NCBI GenBank assembly: GCA_964016885.1
Contig: OZ024745.1
Coordinates: 27,900,001 to 27,964,000, forward strand
Reading direction: 5' to 3'
DNA: 64,000 nucleotides
Source: Eledone cirrhosa
Lineage: Eukaryota
Below, one piece after another: positions 43,439-57,358 of the stretch; positions within the stretch are counted from its first letter, which is position 1; the number at the start of each line of letters is the position of its first letter. The notes under the pieces were generated by a model. The model was not told the DNA's origin. It made no database searches and was given only the letters and a program-made list of their open reading frames with translations. The translations under genes and the position numbers were made by a program.

Positions 43439-44044
43439 TGGTGGCTGCCAACTCGTTTTCGAGTACGGCCACTACTTTATATCCATGTAGGAGAACCCCT
43501 ACCGATGCGCTGAACGAGTGACTTTTTAGTCCAGCCAGCGACTTGAAAACTCTGGTACAAACACTACACCTGTGACAATTATTGACACATAGTGCTGGGC
43601 CCATGGTACCATGTGACGACAAGTGCAGAGAGATCTCCAGATATAAAGCAATGCCTGTGCCGTGAACCTTTTATAGTGAGCAAAGGCACTGCACAAAGCC
43701 AGTCCCACTCTCTTAACCAAGATGATATTTACCAAAAAGAAGAACAAGTCAACATCATTGGATACCATCAGGGTTGCAGGTGTTATATCAGAGTTTTCCT
43801 TCTCCTAGAATTCTGCCTTGACAAAGGCTAAGGGGTCATCTCTCCCGGTGATTTTGGATGGCCATTGACTCTTAAGAGCTCCTTTTCCCTTTGACAGGTT
43901 TTGTTTTTAGTCCTGCAGGATGTCCAAAGTCACCCTCCTCACCAAGAAACCTTGGTGGGGTTCCCAATTTATTCGCCAACGACCCGACCATGAGACAGGT
44001 TGTACTGGGATACATGTTACCAGTAGCCCCAACTGGTGACCTGA
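43439..44044 (-). mobile_element. Internally deleted (bipartite) RTE derivative in (TACA)n
   Basis: 3' part encodes CSVCTRVFKSLAGLKSH and ends in tail gtggccgtactcgaaaacgagttggcagccac (related tail at ~42096-42130); structured non-coding 5' part; TACA repeats on both sides. Confidence 0.55.
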
Positions 44045-44320
44045 CATACATACATACATACATACATACATACATACATACATACATACATACATACATA
44101 CATACATACATACGCACGCAAATATCTTTGCACATATATACAGTAAAATATATATGTGTAGGTATGTATATTCCCTCTGATAGTTTGTAAACCTTTTACA
44201 TAGATCTATATGATATACATACCAACACACACATATATATCCTAGAAACGATCGTAAAATGATGAATTTTTAATATAAGGAACTGTTTCTTTGTTTTTAT
44301 TCATTATTTTTATTAATTTA

Positions 44321-44361
<41 letters not shown>

Positions 44362-44385
44362 TGGAATAAATGCTCTGAAATAGCG

Positions 44386-44571
44386 ATATATATGTGAATA
44401 TAGACATAGAATATTCGAAAATATTCTGTATGTTTATAATAAACATTTTGAAGACCTAATCTAATTGTAATACGTGACGTATTCTATTCTATAGCGATTA
44501 GGTCTTCAAAATGTTTATTATAAACATACAGAATATTTTCGAATATTCTATGTCTATATTCACATATATAT
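44386..44571. repeat. ~76-bp inverted repeat with ~35-bp spacer
   Basis: gtgaatatagacatag...gaagacctaat and its reverse complement. Confidence 0.9.
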
Positions 44572-44589
44572 ATATATATATATAATCAA

Positions 44590-46300
44590 TTCACACAACA
44601 AGGAATACAAAGAACTCATAATTTATAGGACAGGCGTTTCAATGACTAGATTTAGTCATCTCATCGGCTTTTAATAATGAAGAACATGGCTGCTTCCGGT
44701 TGAGAACAAAATACTGCTAGTAAGGGGGAGAGAACTTTAGTGATAGGAAGTAAAGTTACTTATTTAAGGGTAGTAAGTTAATATTACGAAGGTGGGAGGC
44801 AACTTAACAAAATTATAATTATAGATGGGAGGTAATTTAATAATATCATAATTGAAAATTCAAATGTTTAAATGGAAGCGAGAGGGATGTTAATAACTTA
44901 ATATACATGGACCATTTTTGTCTAGTGTATAATCGGTAATTTAATATATGAATATAATTAAGAAAGGGGGTAAATTAATGTTAACATGATTAAAGTTTAA
45001 AAGAAGAAGAGATTTAAGAACCATGATATCAATTTAATGTTTTGTTCGGTAATCAATAGGTAGTTTCAATCTTATCTAGACCAGTGTTTTAGAATGACAC
45101 TAATTTCATATGAACAGCAAGTGAAAAATTCGAGGCGGGAATTTAGGAATGCCTTAGTGGAGGCTAAAGTCTTTAAAGTATTTCATCTTTGGTTTGTAAG
45201 ATCGGCGCGACCCATATATGTATGGTTTTGATTTATGTAGGATTTCCATTTATTGGCGTATTCCTTGCTGGTGTCCTTGAGGTGCCACATATGGCGTGAA
45301 AGTTTTGTGATGTTTCATGTCTTGATGTCTAAAACTCTTTTGATGATTGAAGTAAAGCTTTTTAAACCGGCACTCTGAAAGTCATACGCATGACCATTTT
45401 CGCTTTGGGGATATGTGCTGGTAGATGCTAGATCTGCTTCCAACACCTGTGCTGGTGTACTACATTTTTGATCTAGCGGGCATGTGTCTGTGTTTTTGCA
45501 TGAGCATCCTGCTGTTGTTGGGCTAATGGATTTCATTTTAGAATTGGATTTTATATTTCTGGCCCACAAATATCCAAGTTTTACTGTGTTAATTGCAGAT
45601 GGGTCTTTATTTGTGGCCTTAAGGGAGATGTTTATCGATGGGATATAAGATCCTTCCTTTCCTTACGTTGGTTTTCACATTGAGAAAGAAATGGGATGAG
45701 AAATATATGATATATTTGCTTATTTTTTCTCTTGCATATTAGAGTATTTATTTGAGGATTACATTTTTTTTTCCAGAGAAACCGCTATTGTTTAAGGCTG
45801 AATTGCAATATGGGGCTGCTCTGGGCTCTGGCGAAGATATCTTTATTAGAGAAGTTGGAGATACATTTACTAATGTTTTTTACGAAGTTCTTAAAGATTG
45901 TGGATGGATGACATGTTTTTGTGAATGTATCTAAGTCTTTCGGTTGGCGTATGGGAAGCTTTATCTAGTAGAGGGTTAGAAATCGAGTGATAAAAGTCAA
46001 TAATATCGAACTGAGTAAATCTTACTTTGTTGTGCCATAGAAAGAGTTAAACCAGTTGATTGCGACGTGGCTATTTTTCCACTGATTAGTGATAGATAGC
46101 TGCCTAATTCCCTTGTTTATATTATTAAGTATGCTTTTGCTTATTAGTTCTATTTCTGCTTTAGCTGGGTTTATGGGTCTACAGGTAAGGTTATTTGTAA
46201 AATCTATTAATGATAGGCAGTCTAATCTTTTATCTACTTTAAGAAAGAAGGCTAGGTACTTAGCTTTATCATTAGGTGGGGAATTGTGGGAGTTATTAGA
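44590..46300 (-). mobile_element. Degraded Penelope-like element (RT plus GIY-YIG region) with 3' hammerhead
   Basis: Minus motifs TCRPINPAKAEI.LISK.ILNNIN, AAPYCNSALNNSG, CSCKNTDTCPLDQKC, KLSRHMWHLK, LNSRLEFFTCC. Confidence 0.8.
44624..44672 (-). ncRNA. Minimal hammerhead ribozyme motif with U4>C change
   Basis: AAAAG-CCGAUGA-GAUGACUA AAUC UAGUCAUU-GAAAC GCCU GUC^CUAU. Confidence 0.6.
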
Positions 46301-47151
46301 TTGTCGAATAAACTGAGTTTAAATCGCTTTGAGGTCAACTTTGCCTTTTATCATTCCGTGATGTTTAAGAAGAGAACAAGTCTAGTCTTTGGGTTGATTA
46401 TTCCTCTCTATATATATCTACTCTGATAGGAATCTGCTGTGTTCAGACCTGGAGAAGGAATCGGCTCGGTCAGGTTTTAAATGCCCAAGATACGCTGTGT
46501 GTAAGGAGTTAGAGGTACATACATAGACATTCATATACCTAGAGAGGCTCCCCTAACACACACAGAAGACCAAATAAAACACATAAGTAAAAATAAACCA
46601 TAAAATGACACATCACTATTTTTGTTACAGACTTACACATGTTTCTGAAAAATACACAAAAGCAAAGAAAAATAACATTTAAAAAATGAAAACCGCGTTC
46701 TGGAGAGCGACTGCTTGTGCATTGGTGTTTCCCTGGGGCTTGACCTCCGTGCCTGTGAACCTCACAAATGTCGCTGCGGTACATTTAAATTATGTTTGTT
46801 TATATTTTCATCATCAGAGAAGGATAAGGCTTAAATGTTGAAGGAAGCCATGCATTTATACTGGTAAATCCTTAACACGACACCATTCGCATGATATCTG
46901 ATAAACCACACACCATTATCAATATACCGTTTACATAGACAGTGTATTTTAAATGAATATAGCATCCAATATCAACGCGAGAGCAAGTGGACAAAAAGAG
47001 AGAGAAAGGGTAATTGAAGATTTAGAAATTAGATTAAAATCGTACATACAATATATACCAAAAAATATATATTGAATGAAAACAAATATTAATAATTAGA
47101 TATATTGGAAATCATATACAGAAATACACACATATATATATATATAAATAA

Positions 47152-47184
<33 letters not shown>

Positions 47185-47187
47185 TAT

Positions 47188-47218
<31 letters not shown>

Positions 47219-47660
47219 AATAAATATATATATATATAATTGGAAATCAGTAAAGTCGAATCTCTGGCGGTTTGCAAGTGAATTCGGCCTACTTATATGA
47301 AATGATGAGTTAGCAAAGCACTCGATAAGATAGGTCCTTAGAGTAATAACATACGTTTAAAAAGCTTGAGAAATCGAACATTGTGGTAGGCTAAACTAAC
47401 ACACAATATGTATACCAGAGCAACGATAGCACTAATGAGGTTGAGAAAAAGTATATATATATATATATATTTAAAAGAATAGAGTTGTAACATATATATA
47501 TATATAGTAAAACTTCTAGTAAAACATATTAAGTACTCAGAAAGTATAACTTAATAATATATGGAATAATGCTAGATTTATTTAAAATTACTGGAATATA
47601 GGAGAGTATATTAAACAATTTATAGCTACAATATTAATAATATGCATTAATATTTATACC

Positions 47661-47701
<41 letters not shown>

Positions 47702-49291
47702 TTAAATTTTCAAAATAACATTCATGCCAAAACTGACATACTCTTACAATATAATATTATGTATGCAAAGCTGCTAATAAATTATTAATGGTAGTTAAAC
47801 TACAGAGAATTTAATTATGTTAATCAAAACATATGGAATATCAAAAACAACGCTACGAATGACGGGGATGCCAGAAAAAATATTTTAATAAACTTTAGTT
47901 AAATTTTATGAAATATGAGTATAAATTGAATAATAATTATATAAGTGAAATGTATAAAATTCTGAAATTACTAATTGTTTTATAACTACTTCTCGTGAAA
48001 AACTGAATACATATTCTCGCAATGTAAATACTCATAGTTAACTGTTTATCATGTATAAATGTGATAGAAGGGCAGAGGCATTATTACTAACCATTAATAA
48101 TCATTAAATAACCATTAATAACCATTAAATAATAGAACCGCGATTAAAAATACAAGAATATCAAAGATAATTGTCATAAAAAATAAAAAATAATTTAAAA
48201 ATAATAACAAATACAATAATACTAACTTATTATTAACAAGTAAAGGTTAAATATTAGTATAGTATATAATATATATAACTTAATTATGATACCCAGGTGT
48301 ATAAACTTATAAAATTATCATATATTTAAAAATTGTTATTCTGGTAAGAATACATACTTGCAAGAGAATTAATTAAATAAAATTTAAATACTTATGATTG
48401 TTACCTAAAACTAGAAAAAATCATCATCTATGTAGAAACATAAAAACTTCTCATAAAAAAGTCTCAAAGAAAACTTAATTTGTATTCATCAGATGTATAC
48501 ACATTAAGAAATGTTTTTAATTAACATTTACTTTTGAAATACTTATTACTGCAATTTAGCAATATTATTTAACATGTATTTACAAAGTTCGGAAACATTT
48601 TATTATATAGAATTTAAATAATCATGATAGTTCCCTATCATATGAATATGATAGTAAACCGTTCTTGAAATAGTAAAAAGAATCTTGTGTGGGCATCAAA
48701 TAATAATACCTTGTCTACGATTCAAAAGTTATTTCCAGAGCTTCGATCGAACAAAGACTAAATTCAAAACCACCAACTTTGTATGGGTTATCAGTATTAA
48801 TTATCCACCAATGTAAACTATATTGTATGTTGGAACTGCGTAAAGGTCAGATAAATTGTTCAAGGGAAGTAATGGTTGCTTTATATTCATTTCTAAAGGA
48901 ATATAAATGTAAGCAATACCGTTGTGACTCCTATATACAAATTACGGCTAGTTACTGTAGTAACTGTAGTTTACACATTACATTGTCCTTTTGACAATGT
49001 CCAATAATATTAACTAATTCAAATTTATGGTAAGGTTAGTGACGTTAGGCGTGAATTTTCTTTTAAATGCCCAATATGGTTTGGTCTTGTTAGATTCTAA
49101 TAGCAGCGCATATTTCTCTCAGTTATCTAGACTCAAGAGTAACCAGTATATATAGAAGTAGAGGAAAAGTAGTGATGTTGATTATGAATACGAAAAATAA
49201 GACTGTGAGAAAATACTACAAAAGAAAGTTCTACATATTAAATATATAATACATAGAATAATGCTACCTTTATTTAAAATTTACCGGATTA

Positions 49292-50068
49292 CACCGTGTA
49301 ACATATTTTTTGTTCCCCGGTTCTAAGTGTCATTTAGTGGTTTGTTATATCCCATTATTATTTAAAAAAACACTATTATTTAATCAGAAGTTTGGGTTTG
49401 TGGTCAGGAGTTGAGATATTTCGAAATGTTCATATTTTTCAAGAAAATACACATTTTTTTTTTATTTGTCAGTGCATATAATTAAATCAACAGAGTATAT
49501 ATTTATTTTATTACACAAGCTTATCAAAAGCAAACAAGTAAAAACAAATAACACTTATAAAGCAACTTATACACGTCAGAAATGACTGGATTTCCTGGAT
49601 TTGCGGTTGTCGTCCAGGTCGCATTCCCGCACTAGCCCCCAGATATAGTCCCCCCCCCCCCATCATTTTTTCATTGTAGTGGCCTTGGTACCTCCGCTCT
49701 ATCTCTTTCACATCTTGGTGGAATCGTTCGCCTTGTTCTTCTGAGTAGGCGCCCATATTGTCCTTGAATTTTTCCAGGTGAGCGTCCAGAATATGGAGTT
49801 TAAGCGACATCCTGCATCCCATGGCGCCAAAAGCCTTTATCAGATCCTGCACCAGTTGCTGGTAGTTTTCAGCTCTAGCTGCCCAGGAAGCCCTTAACAA
49901 CTGCCTTGAAACAGTTCCATGCTGTTCTCTCAATCCTATTGAGCTTATTGGAGAACTCCACACTGTAGTAATCTTCCTTCAGGCAGACTGAATGAGCTAG
50001 GGGCAGTGTCGGGAACTTGTTTCCATTGTGGAGGAGGACAGCCTTCAAACTTGTGGTGGAGCTGTCTA
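49292..50068 (-). mobile_element. Chapaev3-like (CMC superfamily) DNA transposon relic, internally deleted
   Basis: IDSSTTSLKAVLLHNGN..P.AHS..LKEDY and GCRMSLKLHILDAHL..F..NMGAYSEEQGERFHQD..ERRYQG; CAC-type terminus at 49292. Confidence 0.75.
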
Positions 50069-50603
50069 TAATTATCGGAGAGGATATAGTTTATAGTAAG
50101 AAAAATATTACTGTGTGTTAATAACTAACCATAAATATCGGTCTTTCAGCTTTAATTATATATCCCACATAAGTTACATAGAGAGTTGAAAGATTTCGAT
50201 TAACTGACATTATCCTCACAATTAGCTCCCTCTGTGGTTGTTGAAAAAAACATCACATAAATTGTAACTAGAATATTTATTCTTAACTGCATTGACTTTA
50301 TTTTCTCAAACTGGTTTAGCTGATATCATTGGAGTTAACCTGCTTTCTTTATGTTATATTTTAAACAAACTAGGAGGAATTCTCAGTTATGAGAACGTTT
50401 TCAACTCACTACATTAATAACGTGAGATTCTAGCGTTTGTGTACTTAGTATGCACTACGCTCCCCTGGGGTATTCTTCTACACCACAATTAGCATATTGT
50501 TGATCAAAGGAAAAGTTGATTATCTGTTCTGTATAGAGAATTGTTTTTAGGAGATATATATATATATATATGTGTATGTCTGTGTGTATGTGTATATATA
50601 TAT

Positions 50604-50671
<68 letters not shown>

Positions 50672-50703
50672 CGAAGTCTCTAACTCATTATTTATATATA
50701 TAT

Positions 50704-50734
<31 letters not shown>

Positions 50735-51074
50735 ATGTGGCCGCGTGCATGTGTTTGTATGTATGGATAATAATCAATGAGAGTGTGTCATAGAGTGTAT
50801 AACAGAAAATATGTTTAAGAAGAGTATATAATGTTTCGATGAATTCATTATCTTTTAACTAACAAGGTTGATGTTCATTCTAATAGACATTAGCTCCAAG
50901 CAAATATATTTCATCCTGATTGAGGATATTTACGTTCGTATACATTCATTCTTTTCTGGTCTTTTATGGATGTTTAAAATATCAGATAGTTTTGCTATAT
51001 AATTTCAAAGCGTTCAACTTGCATTTTAATTTATGAATAATTGAAATTTCCACTTTAGAGTTCTATAGAGGACT

Positions 51075-51400
51075 AATGGTGGGCAAGAGCGACGATATTC
51101 TCGGGGAAGCTCTAGGAAGCTCTAGATTAACTAAACAGTCTGTTCCAGAAAACATTCGGTCCGGGGACTATAGATAATTTCCAACCTGTCAATGCCACCG
51201 GGGACACTGCTGGTTCGAGACAAATTCTACACGCATGGAAGAGCTGTCAAACCTACCTGTCCGAGATGCGCGCAGACTGATAAAACCGTTCTTGCACGCA
51301 CTATTCAGCTATATAGGACGAATGCTACCATCGGTAGAACCCATCGCGAAGATTACCCCCACCGTCTTCTTTTGGTCGGTATGGGCTGGTAGTTTTCTTC
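51075..51400 (+). pseudogene. L1/Tx1-like LINE C-terminal zinc-binding remnant
   Basis: VRDKFYTHGRAVKPTCPRCAQTDKTVL. Confidence 0.5.
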
Positions 51401-51405
51401 TGTCT

Positions 51406-51457
<52 letters not shown>

Positions 51458-51462
51458 GGAGG

Positions 51463-51685
51463 GGCGGTGGATTGGCAGAATCGTGCGAGCGTCGGACACG
51501 TTTTGAAGCATAGAGTTACGGTTACGGCCCTTTATGTTCTGAGTTCAAATCGCGCCGAGATTAGCTTTGCTTTTTGTCCTTCCGGGGTCGATAAAATAAA
51601 GTGCTAGTCAAATGTTGGAGCCGATATAATCAACTTCCTCCTCCCTCAACAATGCTGGCCTAGTGCTTAAATTAGAAGCCATTAA
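51463..51685 (+). mobile_element. SINE family A, near full length
   Basis: ggcggtggattggcagaatcg...gagttcaaatc...ggggtcgataaaataaagtg...gctggcctagtgc; preceded by (GTA)n. Confidence 0.8.
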
Positions 51686-52214
51686 CTTTATTATTGCTGT
51701 TATGTATTGTGTTCGAAATTGCGTAGAGTTTTGTCGTTCTTGTTTTTAGTTAAGGATGGCTTTATCCTTTCAAGAATTAAAAGTTGTGTATGATATTTTA
51801 CGTGCGTAGCCTTTAAACAAGGCTGGTGGTGGGCTTAATTGAATTAATTCCCTCCCCATTTTCCTGAAAAAAAAATTATTTTGAATATTTTGTTATATAT
51901 TTCTTTGCTTGATATAATGTCGTTTAGATATTAACACGTTCTTCGGAAATTGGATTAAAATGTTAATGTTGTTGTCACGTTATTCCATAATTTTCTTTTT
52001 CTTTGCAAAGCAAGCGGTTATTATTCGATTGTTCATAGTAGAAAAAATACATTATTTGAACATTTTAATTCGCAATAGGCCCCCAAAAAGCTTCTTCACA
52101 TAAAGGGGTCGTTTTCGATAAATAAATTATATATATGTGTGTGTGTGTGTATAACACCCAACATAAATTTTTTTTTTTATCGTAAAGGACCCCTTTATGT
52201 GAAGAGGCTTGGAG

Positions 52215-53222
52215 ATATTACAAGCTGAAAACGCAGAGCTCGCGGTCGGACCTTTACCTCATCTATATACATATTGATTTAGCTGCAGTCCTGGACCAAG
52301 CAAACACAAAGTGGGGACGCATGGCAACTGGAATATCATCAGGCGCTAACAGCCGTATTTCGGTCGGACGCTGCTGTCAGTGGAAAATCAGGATAGAGGA
52401 TTAGGGGCGAGAAAAAGCGACGACGTTCTGGTGGAGACTCTTGACGTCGAATAGGATTATCTAACCGTTCTCTTCCGTAGGACTTTAAACCAAAGGCCGA
52501 TGGATAACTTCCAGAAATCCCTGGTCTGTCAGTGCTAGCGGGTAGGGGGTATTGTATGGTGAGAGGTATTGTCGGTTTGAAATAAGTTTTACAGGCACGA
52601 AAGTGCCGACAGCCGAATCTGGTGACTAAATCATCCTGCATACACTCATCCAATGCCTGAAGATTGTTGATTTATGGAGCTGTGTCGAAATTATGAAACT
52701 ATGCCGAGCTATATCGCGTGCACAACGGATCTGTACATCGGCTGCGCTCATCGTCAAGATAGCTACGCTGTCTTCCTTTGGTCGAGAATTACAGAGAGAT
52801 TTCATCTGCCTGATGGCCATAGCGAAAGATGTTGTGTAGTGGATACGCTTGAAAGAGTTGAGGCCAGACACTTTCGTCTTAGATAAATCCTGATTAACTT
52901 TTAATTGAACAGTTTGTTGAAAGGTGAAGGAGAGTGGCGAGCATGGTCCGTGTGAATGGGCCTACCCTGAGTGTGCGTCTGTAGATTAGAGGATAAGTAT
53001 GATGGGGCACCTGCCTTAACGGAACGGGTGACTGGCATTTTGTGGACGTTTCCAACCAATTGAGAAATTTTCTTTCTATTTCTTTCTATTTTTGTTGTTT
53101 TCTCTTAAACAGCTTTACACTGACAAAAACCTCATTGTATCGTCCTATTTTGTCTTTAATGTTTTCCTCGCGTTAGCCCTATGTGGCTGATAAAGAAATC
53201 ATGATCATCATCATTATCATCA
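52215..53222 (+). mobile_element. Degraded LINE remnant, possibly Tx1-like, with (ATC)n tail
   Basis: GC-richer block ending gccctatgtggctgataaagaaatcatgatcatcatc; weak protein signal. Confidence 0.35.
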
Positions 53223-55901
53223 TCGCCCTTGTCCTTATTGGAATTTTGTTGAGTATTTGAAAAAGCAAGACACAATGTATCATCTACACTCATACACATG
53301 CACAGACACAAGCACACACAGATAACATTCATAGATTGTTAGAGTATTTACAGGTTAGACATTCCTTTTGTAAATGCATGCACTTTTAAGGACATAATTG
53401 AATGCATACTTTAATGGATAAAGTGCAACATTTGGTCCATGGATATGTCACATACAAAGTAAAACACGATTTGGTCTCTCAAATTGAAAATGCTCTCTGA
53501 AAAATGTGAGCAATATTAGTGAGAATGATTTTCTGAATTTCTTTTGTACAAGGTATACGTTATACTTGGTAAATGATCTTCATATTTGTCAGTACCTTGT
53601 TTATCAGGCCTTGTGCTCTAACTGGAATAGGGGTGGCTTTCATGTCCCACATTTTTTCAATCGCTATTATATGATCCTTATTTCAATCTCTATTTTATGA
53701 TCCTTATTTTATGATATCTTAAAAGGCACATGTCTATCATAAAGTGCATTTTGTTGTCTTTATCTTTTATTATGATATCTAGTGTATTGTTACATCCCAT
53801 AGTATTATGTTATTACCAATTGCTGATACCGGATCTAGAGAGTGTTCATACCAGTTTTTCGTTGTCCCTGTTCCATAGAATATTTACATTTTCCAGTGGG
53901 TGTACTGCCCCACTTTGTTATACCTATTGCTGTATTCAGACGGTGCTAAGGTGGTGCAGGCACCTATAAGATGTTCAGTTTCCAGTTACAGCTAATCCTG
54001 GGGTAATCTTGTAGTGCGGCATTATATGTATCAATGATTTTTTTGTTATACTTTGTGAATTGACTTTTTGGTAGACACTGTCCCTTATACATTTCCGGCT
54101 CTTCTTACGCAAGTTCATTTTTGACGAATTCTTATACAAGATTTATTTGATAGAGAGTTCGATGATTATTTATGAAAGGGTTTGTTTCATTAGCTGACGT
54201 TTTGATCTCATATTGGTCATCCTCTGAGGGATATGGTCCTTATTAACTCGGGTGACAGGATGCAATAAAAACATAAATATGTTTTTAAAAAGCAGTTAAA
54301 AGTTTCTTTATTGAATCTTTTCGAACCTCCATGTACTCCATGTACTGAAAAATCTTGTTTATAATTGGTATATCTTTGAAAATATACAGTATCTCCTTTT
54401 TTGGTAGTTTTTTTTATAAGACCAGCTTCAAGATGTCCTTTATATCAAACTGCTAGACTCTGTTTAGTGACAAAGAGTTTCTGGATAGTCTTCACGGGAA
54501 CATAGTTGTGATTCTATATGACCTGTTCATGATAAAATATACTTCAACGGTATATAGCCTGTTCGAAGATTGCATCGTCTTTGTATTTTAGTAAATACAC
54601 ATTACTTCTCTTTTGTCTTTTCAGGATATAGTGAAATTGCTAAGAGTTAATTGTTTCTGTTGATCTTTTGAATGTCGTCGGTGCTACCACTGTTGTTGTC
54701 ATTGTTGCTGCTGTTGTTTTTTTTGTTTGTTTGTTTTTTTGTCACTTTTGCTACTCTTGCTGTTGTTGTTGTGTCTGTTGTTATTGTTGATCATGTTGTT
54801 GCTTCTGCTGGTGCTGCTTTTGCTGTTAATTTGTGTCTTTGTTTTTGTTATCGTTGCTGCTGTTGGTGCTGCCATTACTGATGATGCTGTTGCTGGTTTT
54901 GACAAATTGGCTACGTCATTTGTTTCACAAAAACTCTTGAATTTTTTGTGTGACTTTTAACAATGGGATTATAGCAGATGGATTTCTCGTCTCATACCTG
55001 CTATCCTCTCCATATGCCTCATTTGTGGAACGGAAGATGTCTAGGTTATGTGCCTGTATGACTGAAATTGTTGCTGCACGTCTATATTTGTGTGCTTGTT
55101 GTTTTGTTTAGGAGAAAACCATGAACTCCTTAATTGGGTGTTTTGTCGTTGTTGTTCTAATTAGTGCTTTTTACTTTTAAATGCTGAAGTTAGAAGAAAA
55201 CTGATCGGTTCTTTGAGAACCTGTTCAGTTTCACCACAAAACAAGAAAAACCTCCCAACAAAAACGCTTTAGAGACATGTAAATGTATATAAAACTCACA
55301 TCTTCTCTTCCACTGTGCAGAAAGCACTAATGTACTTTGTTCTCCCGCAGGCGTAACATTCGAACGTTCTGACCACACACATTTACTCCCACTCATCAAA
55401 GTAGAAACATTCGTGATTGTCACTAAGATCTTCAGGGGACACCAACACCCAGAATACTATGGACGTTCCGATTCAGTTTTTGTGGGATATAGATTTATGA
55501 ACTTACCGTATTCACCAAGTATTGTCATCAGTCTTACTTATTCTCTGTGAATTGATAGGTTGGTCATAGTCATATTTGCATCACGACGTCCCACATAATG
55601 TGGTATCCTTAAACATTTTTGTACAAGCTATGGTAGAATTTCTAAGTGCCTCTTGTTATGACAAATTTCCTCTATAATTTGTTCCTTTCGTCTAACGATG
55701 TTTCCTACAGCAGCTTACATCTCTTTCAGTCATTTTCCCGGTTGTGGTGGCGTAGAATATTTTGTCCGTATTCTTTTCTGTTTAAAAATCTGTATACAAC
55801 CGTTTTACTCATTACTAGCTACTCTCTAATGATGATGTCCTCACTCACTCCAGGTTATATATATATATATATATACCTCCAATTCAACCCGGAATAACGT
55901 A

Positions 55902-55939
<38 letters not shown>

Positions 55940-56148
55940 CAGGACCTGACTCTTTTCCTATTATCCAATCTACTACCCTAAGTTTCGAGTACTCTGATCC
56001 GTTATCGTCCACCTCGTTTATTACCACACTTTCTTTTATATATATGAATTAACTGTGGAGATATAAAAGCGAAAACCAACCAAACAGTGAGTGTGCTCTG
56101 TTATTATTTCTGGCAATATTATTACAACAATATGACCCTCCCCAAGTA

Positions 56149-56218
<70 letters not shown>

Positions 56219-57199
56219 AGTGTGTGTGTGTGTGTGTGTGTGTGTCACTGAAGCAAGAATTAATTATCTCAATATTAATGTTGAGATTAGATATCCACAT
56301 TACAAACAAATACCACTTATCTCATATTATCTTCAGATTTGTTTCTGTTTCTATTTCATTTAACTCAATAGTTTCATTCTTTACAGAAACCGTTCTTTTG
56401 GATTATATATTTATTAAGATGTCTGTAGTATTGTTTAGATTTTAGTTTGTTGATGGTTTTCCTACATCAGATGTTTCGCTTGCTTCTATTACTTTACAGT
56501 TATATCAATATTGTTTTAATCCGAATTTTGTAGTTTAACGTAATTAGTTTTAGTTTTACGAAACAATCTATAATTTTATCTATCATTGGTCCAAGTCTTG
56601 TTATACAGAGCCTACGAATTCCTGGACAGAAAATGATTTTTAAAAATTGACTGCTATTGATAGTCGTTTTGTCGATTTTTATAGACGGTGTTCTCCTAAA
56701 TCTTTTAGAAATTAATACAGATGTTATTTTTGTTGCTTCCATTTGTTTAGAGAAATTTGTTTAGAGGGATTGATTTAAGGAGCAGCAGTATATTTTGGGG
56801 AATTATTTCATTAACTTATGTATTGATGTTGCTCTCTTCAAAATCAATCAGCTCCAGTGTGTCTCAATGCACTTTAATTTCTTGCAATATTTTATTCTTT
56901 TCACAAATAGTCATTTTTTAACCCCACACAGAGGAATTTAGATGTCGTTCTCCACACTACACTGCACATTTATATTTGCATAACGTTAGAAACCTTTCAA
57001 CACCTTGTAATAAAGCAGGCATTTTATTACGAAGATACTAAAATTATACTCTCCAATGTCATCATGACAAATTTATTCTATAAAAGTCAAAATCTTACCA
57101 TAAATAATATGTAGCTATAACGATGGCTCATCTCTGATTATATTTCCCACCTAATGACTTTAGAGACACGGTTGGATTTCCTTTGATAGGCTAGAAAAT

Positions 57200-57358
57200 A
57201 TGTAACCCCAAACACTCGACTGGTACTTAATTTTTATCGACCGCGGAAGGATGAAAGGCAGAGGTGGCCTTCGCGAGATTTCAACTCTGAAAGTAGAAAA
57301 TCTTAATACCGCAAACCATTTTGTTCAACGATCTTCCGATACTGCCAATCCTCCACCC
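57200..57358 (-). mobile_element. SINE family A
   Basis: ctggtactt...tttatcgaccgcggaaggatgaaaggca...actgccaatcctcc. Confidence 0.75.

Noticed and set aside
47295-47345. UGAUGAG...CUCGAUA..GUC motif
   Set aside because: The GAAA core is altered and there is no stem I.
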